Of a DNA stretch of 64,000 bases, positions 59,115 to 64,000 are shown in pieces. The notes under the pieces were generated by a model. That model saw nothing but the letters and a program-made list of their open reading frames with translations, had not been told where the DNA came from and searched no databases. Source of the stretch: Thermoplasmata archaeon (lineage in GTDB: Archaea > Thermoplasmatota > Thermoplasmata > Lutacidiplasmatales > UBA184). Numbering within the stretch: the stretch's first letter is position 1; each line of letters opens with the position of its first letter. The stretch spans positions 344,292 through 408,291 of the forward strand of contig JAKASQ010000002.1 in the NCBI GenBank assembly GCA_021828195.1, given 5' to 3'. The position numbers were made by a program, and so were the translations under genes.

Positions 59115-60109
59115 CGCCGTCCATCCTCGTCGTGGGCGAGCGGCTTTCCGGCCATCTCACCTCCGCCACGCGGGAGGCGGTCGGAGTGGCGCTCGCGCTC
59201 GCGGGCCCCGAGGGCTCCGTGGTCGGATTCCTCGCGGGCAGTTCGCTGGACCGCTCGGTGACGGAGTTCGGGGAGCTCGGAGTGACACGCATCCGGACCC
59301 GGGAGGATCCCCGCCTCGACGCGGCGGGGGCCGGTGCGATCGCGGTGAGCGTCGTGGCATCGGCCGAGGCGGTCTCCGCGTCCGTCATCGTGACGGGCGG
59401 AACGGAATTCGGTCGGGACCTGACGGGCCGCCTGGCCGTTCGATGGAGCGCGGCCGTGGCGAACGGCGTGACGGAAGCGACGTGGGCCGATGCGGGCGGG
59501 CTCCGCGTACTCCGACCGGTCTACGGAGGTCGAGCCACCGAGACCCGTCGGCTTACCGGGTCCCGCATCGCGATCGCGATCCGGCCCCATGCCTTCGCCG
59601 AGCCCACCGCCGGCGCGGCCGTGGCCATCGCCGAGCCGGACGCCGGCCCGGAGATCCCCGACCCCCTACTCGCCGCGCGACGCACCGAGGTTGCCGCAGC
59701 CGGCGTGTCGGCCGGACCCGCGCTCTCCGATGCCTCCATCGTGGTCTCGGGTGGCCGGGGGGTTCGGGACGCGAACGGCTTCCGCCTCGTCGAGGCGCTG
59801 GCGGATTCGCTCGGAGCGGCTGTCGGAGCTTCGCGCGCCGTCACCGACGCGGGATGGCGGCCGAGTTCCTTCCAGGTCGGCCAGACGGGCAAGGCCGTCT
59901 CTCCGCAGCTCTACATCGCGGTGGGGATATCCGGAGCGATCCAGCACATCGTGGGCATGGTGAGCTCCCGAGTGATCGTCGCGGTCAACAATGACTCCTC
60001 CGCGCCGATCTTCCGCGTGGCCGACTACGGAATCGTCGGGGACTTGTTCCAGATCGTCCCTGCGCTCACGAAGGAAATCCGACGCGTCCGGGGTCTCCCG
60101 GCGGGGTGA
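59111..60109 (+). CDS. etfA: Electron transfer flavoprotein alpha subunit
   Basis: RPVYGG, VSGGRG, GASRA, QVGQTGK, GISGAIQH. Confidence 0.95.
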   Translation: MTPSILVVGERLSGHLTSATREAVGVALALAGPEGSVVGFLAGSSLDRSVTEFGELGVTRIRTREDPRLDAAGAGAIAVSVVASAEAVSASVIVTGGTEFGRDLTGRLAVRWSAAVANGVTEATWADAGGLRVLRPVYGGRATETRRLTGSRIAIAIRPHAFAEPTAGAAVAIAEPDAGPEIPDPLLAARRTEVAAAGVSAGPALSDASIVVSGGRGVRDANGFRLVEALADSLGAAVGASRAVTDAGWRPSSFQVGQTGKAVSPQLYIAVGISGAIQHIVGMVSSRVIVAVNNDSSAPIFRVADYGIVGDLFQIVPALTKEIRRVRGLPAG

Positions 60110-60429
60110 GGGGCTCGCCGTTCGCCGGCGACCGGCGTGGAGGACGCCCGGGCACCTCCCATTCACGAGGCGCCGCCGGGCGCTCTCCCCCTCGTAGCCG
60201 AGGCGCCCGAGCGGGAGGTCGAACGCCCACTTCCGGAGCGGGATCCACCCCGGACCGTCGAGGAGAGCGGAGCCGCCGAACGCGCCGAGCCTGAGCTGTC
60301 CGTTCCTCCTCCGCTCTGCTTCGCCTCCGGCGCGGAGGTGCTTCGGATCACCGGGAACGTCTCGGCGTGGAGGGAGCCGGTGATCGAGACCGGACCGACT
60401 TCGGATCTTGAGGTACGCTCCGGCGTCCT

Positions 60430-61731
60430 TCAGGAGTATCGAACGAGGTCGAGCGTATCGCGCGCGAGGTCCCTTCGGGAGTCGCCGGAGGCCGCGCGCG
60501 CCGCGCGCACGAGCTCACGGAGGTGGCGTTTCGGCTCCCCGGACTCCGATAGCATCGCATGGAACAGCTCGATCGCGAGATTCGGATGGACCCCGTAGAA
60601 GCGGGGGTTCCACTTCACGCGGTCCAGCTTCTCGAACTCCCGGAAGTCGTGCAGGATCCCCGTCGCCTCGAGCCGCCGGCCGTACTCCGAGAGCCGAGAG
60701 GCCGATGCGTCGCCCGCCGAGCTTGCCGCGAGGGCCGTCTCCGCGGCCTCGAGCCCGCTTCGGATCGCGTAATTCATGCCCTGGATGACGATCCCGTTGG
60801 AGAACACGAATCCCGCCGCATCTCCCGTGACCATCCAACCGTCGCCGGAGAACGCCGCGGGCCGGCTCGCCCAGCCGGAGCTGATGAGCTTCGCTCCGTA
60901 CTCCACAAGCTCGGCGTCCTTCAAGCGGGCCGCGATCGTCGGATGCATTCGGAACCGCTCGATCAACTCGTGCGAGGGCGTAGTCTGTCCGTACATGGAT
61001 CCGATGTTCACGATCAGGCCGATCGACAACGTGTCGGCGTTGGTGTAGAGGAACCCGCCTCCCATGACCCCCGGAGGGAGCATGCCGGCGACCCACTCCT
61101 CCGCGTGCCCTTCGTCCGGTCCGAGCTGGAAGCGCTCCTCGATCCGCTCGGCGGGAAGCCGATAGGTTTCCTTGATGCCGAGCTCGGTGGCGTTCCACTC
61201 CAGGCGCTTCGCCGGCCGGATGGGGGTCCCGAGGGTGACGCGAGAGTTCGTCCCATCGGCCACGATCGTGATCGGAGCGGTCATCGGTTCGCCGCCCTGG
61301 AGCACCCCTTGGGCTCCCGTGCCCTCCCACAGAAGGCCGTCGACGGGAACCCCCGTGACCACGGTCGCCCCGGCCTCCTCCGCCTTCTTCGCGAGCCAGG
61401 CATCCGTTCGCGCCCGCAACACGGAGTGCGCGGCGAACGGCGCTCGCTTCCAGCGCTCGTCGTCGAAGTCAACCGAGAGCGCTCCATCCTTGGTCAGGAA
61501 GCCGAATCGCTTGCGCACGATGTGCCGCTCGAGCGGCATCTGCGCGGTCCAATCCGGAAGGATCCGGTCGAGATCCCGCCCCCAGAGAACGCCCCCCGAG
61601 AGGTTCTTCGCTCCCGCCTCGGGCGACCGTTCCAGGAGGAGGACCCGCGCTCCGCCCTGCGCGAGGCGGATCGCGGCGGGGCTGCCGGCCATCCCGGCAC
61701 CGACCACGATCACGTCGAAGTCGTCCGCCAT
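60430..61731 (-). CDS. fixC: FixC-like FAD-dependent ETF oxidoreductase
   Basis: GAGMAG, GAKNLSGG, GGGFLYTN, LVEYGAKLI, GDAAG. Confidence 0.85.
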   Translation of the reverse strand: MADDFDVIVVGAGMAGSPAAIRLAQGGARVLLLERSPEAGAKNLSGGVLWGRDLDRILPDWTAQMPLERHIVRKRFGFLTKDGALSVDFDDERWKRAPFAAHSVLRARTDAWLAKKAEEAGATVVTGVPVDGLLWEGTGAQGVLQGGEPMTAPITIVADGTNSRVTLGTPIRPAKRLEWNATELGIKETYRLPAERIEERFQLGPDEGHAEEWVAGMLPPGVMGGGFLYTNADTLSIGLIVNIGSMYGQTTPSHELIERFRMHPTIAARLKDAELVEYGAKLISSGWASRPAAFSGDGWMVTGDAAGFVFSNGIVIQGMNYAIRSGLEAAETALAASSAGDASASRLSEYGRRLEATGILHDFREFEKLDRVKWNPRFYGVHPNLAIELFHAMLSESGEPKRHLRELVRAARAASGDSRRDLARDTLDLVRYS

Positions 61732-61826
61732 CGGTTCGCGGCGTGGACGGGTCGCGACATGATAAGTCTTCGACCGGGGTCCGCGCCCGTTCGCGCTTAT
61801 ATTTCGGAGGCGGTCGAGACACTCCG

Positions 61827-62669
61827 ATGGGCGTCACGGACTGCCATGTCCACATCAACCCCGTCTGGGAGATGCGCGCGGACGCGCTCCAGCTCATCGG
61901 GCATATCGATCCCCAGATCGCGCGGATGGTCCACGAGCCGCGCCTCTTCCTGGACCTGCTTGACCGCTCCGGTGTCGAGCGGGCGGTGCTGATCAACTAC
62001 GTCGCGCCGGAAGTGATCGGATACACCGAGAAAGCGAACGCGTTCGTCAGCGAGTACGCCCGAGCCGACCCGGACCGGCTTATCGCGGTCGGAGGGATCT
62101 CGCCCGATCACCCCCAACCGGCGGAGGAGATCCGCCACCTCGTCGAGTCGCTCGGCATCCGAGCGTTGAAGCTCCATCCCCCGCACCAGCTCTTCCGTCC
62201 CAACGATTACGCGGAGGGCCGGCACCCGGGCCTCGCGGAGATCTACGCGGCGTGCGCCCGGCACGCGCTCCCCGTGATCTTTCACACGGGCACGTCGATC
62301 TTTCCACGCGCCCGGAGCCGCTTCGGGGACCCGCTCCTCCTGGAGGACGTGGCCCTCGACCATCCGGAGCTGACGATCGTCCTGGCCCATGGGGGCCGCC
62401 CGTTCTGGACGGAAGAGGCCGTCTACCTCGCTCGTCGGTTCCCCAACGTGTGGCTCGAGATCTCCGGCGTCCCTCCGGCGAGGTTGCTCGAGTACTTCCC
62501 GATCCTGCCCCGCATCTCGGACAAGGTCCTCTTCGGCAGCGACTGGCCGGGGCCCGGGGTCAAAGGGATCGGCGAGAACCTCGAGCAGTTCCGCGCGCTG
62601 GGACTGACGGAGGACGCGCAGCGGCGCATCCTCGAGGAGAATCCCCGCCGCGTGTTCCGTCCCGGCTAG
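61827..62669 (+). CDS. Amidohydrolase_2 family protein
   Basis: DCHVH, KLHPPHQ, FHTG, LAHGG, FGSDWP. Confidence 0.9.
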   Translation: MGVTDCHVHINPVWEMRADALQLIGHIDPQIARMVHEPRLFLDLLDRSGVERAVLINYVAPEVIGYTEKANAFVSEYARADPDRLIAVGGISPDHPQPAEEIRHLVESLGIRALKLHPPHQLFRPNDYAEGRHPGLAEIYAACARHALPVIFHTGTSIFPRARSRFGDPLLLEDVALDHPELTIVLAHGGRPFWTEEAVYLARRFPNVWLEISGVPPARLLEYFPILPRISDKVLFGSDWPGPGVKGIGENLEQFRALGLTEDAQRRILEENPRRVFRPG

Positions 62670-63205
62670 CGTCGGGTACGACGGACCGAGGCGCTCGCGA
62701 ACGTGGCGGCTCCGAACCGCCCCTCGTCCAAGACCTGGACGCGATCGGGAGCGAAGCGGAAGAAGGCGAGCGTTCTCAATCCGTCCGCGAGGAGCCGATC
62801 CTGCGGGGTCCGCCCGCGCAGGTACTGCGCGTAGCGCGGGAACCGGCGTGCGTAGACCCGGCTCGCGGACTTCGCTGCCGCGCCGGAGACCCGATGCGCC
62901 TTCCCGAACAACTGCGCGCCCCGGTCGTTGCCGCCCCAGCGCTGCGTCGAGCAAAAGATCGTCAAGGCCATGGACGGGTTCCTCAGGAGGTTCTGGGCGT
63001 GCGTGGACGCCGGATCCGATATGAAGTAGAATTCGAGATCGGGGGTGTAGGCAACGAACGCGGTGCTGATGTGCGCCCGGTGTCCGGGGGCGACGGTAGC
63101 GATCGAGGCGATCGCGGTCTCCGAGAGGATGTGCGCGAGGCTCGCCCGCACGGCGCTCTCGGCGAACGCGCGCGACTCGAGACGGACGACCACGTTCCCC
63201 CCCAT
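62666..63205 (-). CDS. Pyridoxamine 5'-phosphate oxidase-like (split-barrel) protein
   Basis: SIATV, FYFISD..STHAQNL..NP. Confidence 0.75.
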   Translation of the reverse strand: MGGNVVVRLESRAFAESAVRASLAHILSETAIASIATVAPGHRAHISTAFVAYTPDLEFYFISDPASTHAQNLLRNPSMALTIFCSTQRWGGNDRGAQLFGKAHRVSGAAAKSASRVYARRFPRYAQYLRGRTPQDRLLADGLRTLAFFRFAPDRVQVLDEGRFGAATFASASVRRTRR

Positions 63206-63296
63206 CGGCCCCGACACTAAAGGCTTCGGCCCGCGGATCCGCGCTCCCCGGAGAGCGAACGTGAGGACTTACATACCTACCCCGTCTCGTTAGGGC

Positions 63297-63737
63297 GTGA
63301 CCGATCCCTCCAAGCCGGACGCTCCCGACGAAGCTTCGGCTCCCCCGGAGCCCGAAGCGGCTCCCGCCACCGTCGAGCTCGTCGAAGGGGGTGAAGACGT
63401 CGGTCGACTCCCGCTGCCTCGGAAGAGCCGGGGCGAGTCCTTCGGCATCGCGAGCCGACTGCTCGGAGCCGCGCGGATCCAGGTCATGTGCGACGACTCG
63501 GTCTCGCGGATGGGTCGTATCACGGGGAAGATGAAGAAGAAGATGTGGATCCGAGAGGGCGATCTCCTCGTCGTGCGCCCGTGGGGATTCCAGGAGGGAA
63601 AGGCCGACATCATCTTCCGCTACAGCCGCACCCAGGCGCAGTACCTCTCGCGCCGCAAGCTCCTGCCTGCGTCGATGGATCTGTTCGGCGCGCCGGATGC
63701 ACCTCCCTCCGACGCGGTCCCGCCCACGGCCACTTGA
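63297..63737 (+). CDS. eif1a: Translation initiation factor aIF-1A
   Basis: LLG..RI.V.C.D...R.GRITGKMKKKMWIREGD.LVV.PW.FQ..KADIIFRY. Confidence 0.95.
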   Translation: MTDPSKPDAPDEASAPPEPEAAPATVELVEGGEDVGRLPLPRKSRGESFGIASRLLGAARIQVMCDDSVSRMGRITGKMKKKMWIREGDLLVVRPWGFQEGKADIIFRYSRTQAQYLSRRKLLPASMDLFGAPDAPPSDAVPPTAT

Positions 63738-63743
63738 ACCACG

Positions 63744-64000
63744 ATGACGGCCCCGGCCGCCCCCCGCATCGATTCGCTCGAGATGGCGGTCGCCGAGGAG
63801 AACGCGGTCGCCCTCGGGATCCCCGTCGACGCCCTGATGGAGAATGCGGGCCGCGCGGTCGCCGAAGAGGCGGCGCGTCGGCTCTCCGCCCCGCCCTCCC
63901 GGGTCGGGATCCTCGTGGGGATGGGCAACAACGGAGGAGATGCCATGGCCGCGGGGTACTACCTCTCCCAGTGGGGCTACCAAGCCGAGGCCTGGCTCGT
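63744..64000 (+). CDS. NAD(P)H-hydrate epimerase (Nnr), N-terminus, truncated by window edge
   Basis: LMENAGRAVA and G.GNNGGD motifs. Confidence 0.9.
   Translation, partial: MTAPAAPRIDSLEMAVAEENAVALGIPVDALMENAGRAVAEEAARRLSAPPSRVGILVGMGNNGGDAMAAGYYLSQWGYQAEAWL

Noticed and set aside
60110-60429. Expected FixX ferredoxin or an ncRNA downstream of fixC
   Set aside because: No Cys-motif ORF in the track and no recognisable RNA motif; only GC-rich stems.

Overview
High-GC archaeal DNA. The gene set (egsA, gatD/gatE, Hel308, Spt5, aIF-1A, RPA, Rqc2, MptE) and a TPP riboswitch suggest Thermoplasmatota; this is an inference. Most of the window is housekeeping: dcd, leuS, queE, egsA, ftsZ-secE-spt5-rpl11, gatDE, acnA, a thiamine ABC transporter, pdxS, pyrF, RPA and acyl-CoA dehydrogenase/ETF/FixC. 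An accessory block (about 6.3-21.1 kb) after tRNA-Pro holds IS remnants, small detoxification-type genes, a three-gene HEPN operon and glycosyltransferases. The main signals missed by the ORF track are: (1) a 339-nt protein-free IS200/IS605-type element with intact-looking ends and a TnpB omegaRNA-like scaffold, inserted in frame at the start of rqc2 and carrying an extra structured domain; (2) two tRNA genes (Pro-TGG, Arg-GCG), each with a 33-nt bulge-helix-bulge (BHB) intron at the same non-canonical D-loop position; (3) a box C/D guide sRNA; (4) a TPP riboswitch. All calls were made by eye from motifs; no searches were run.
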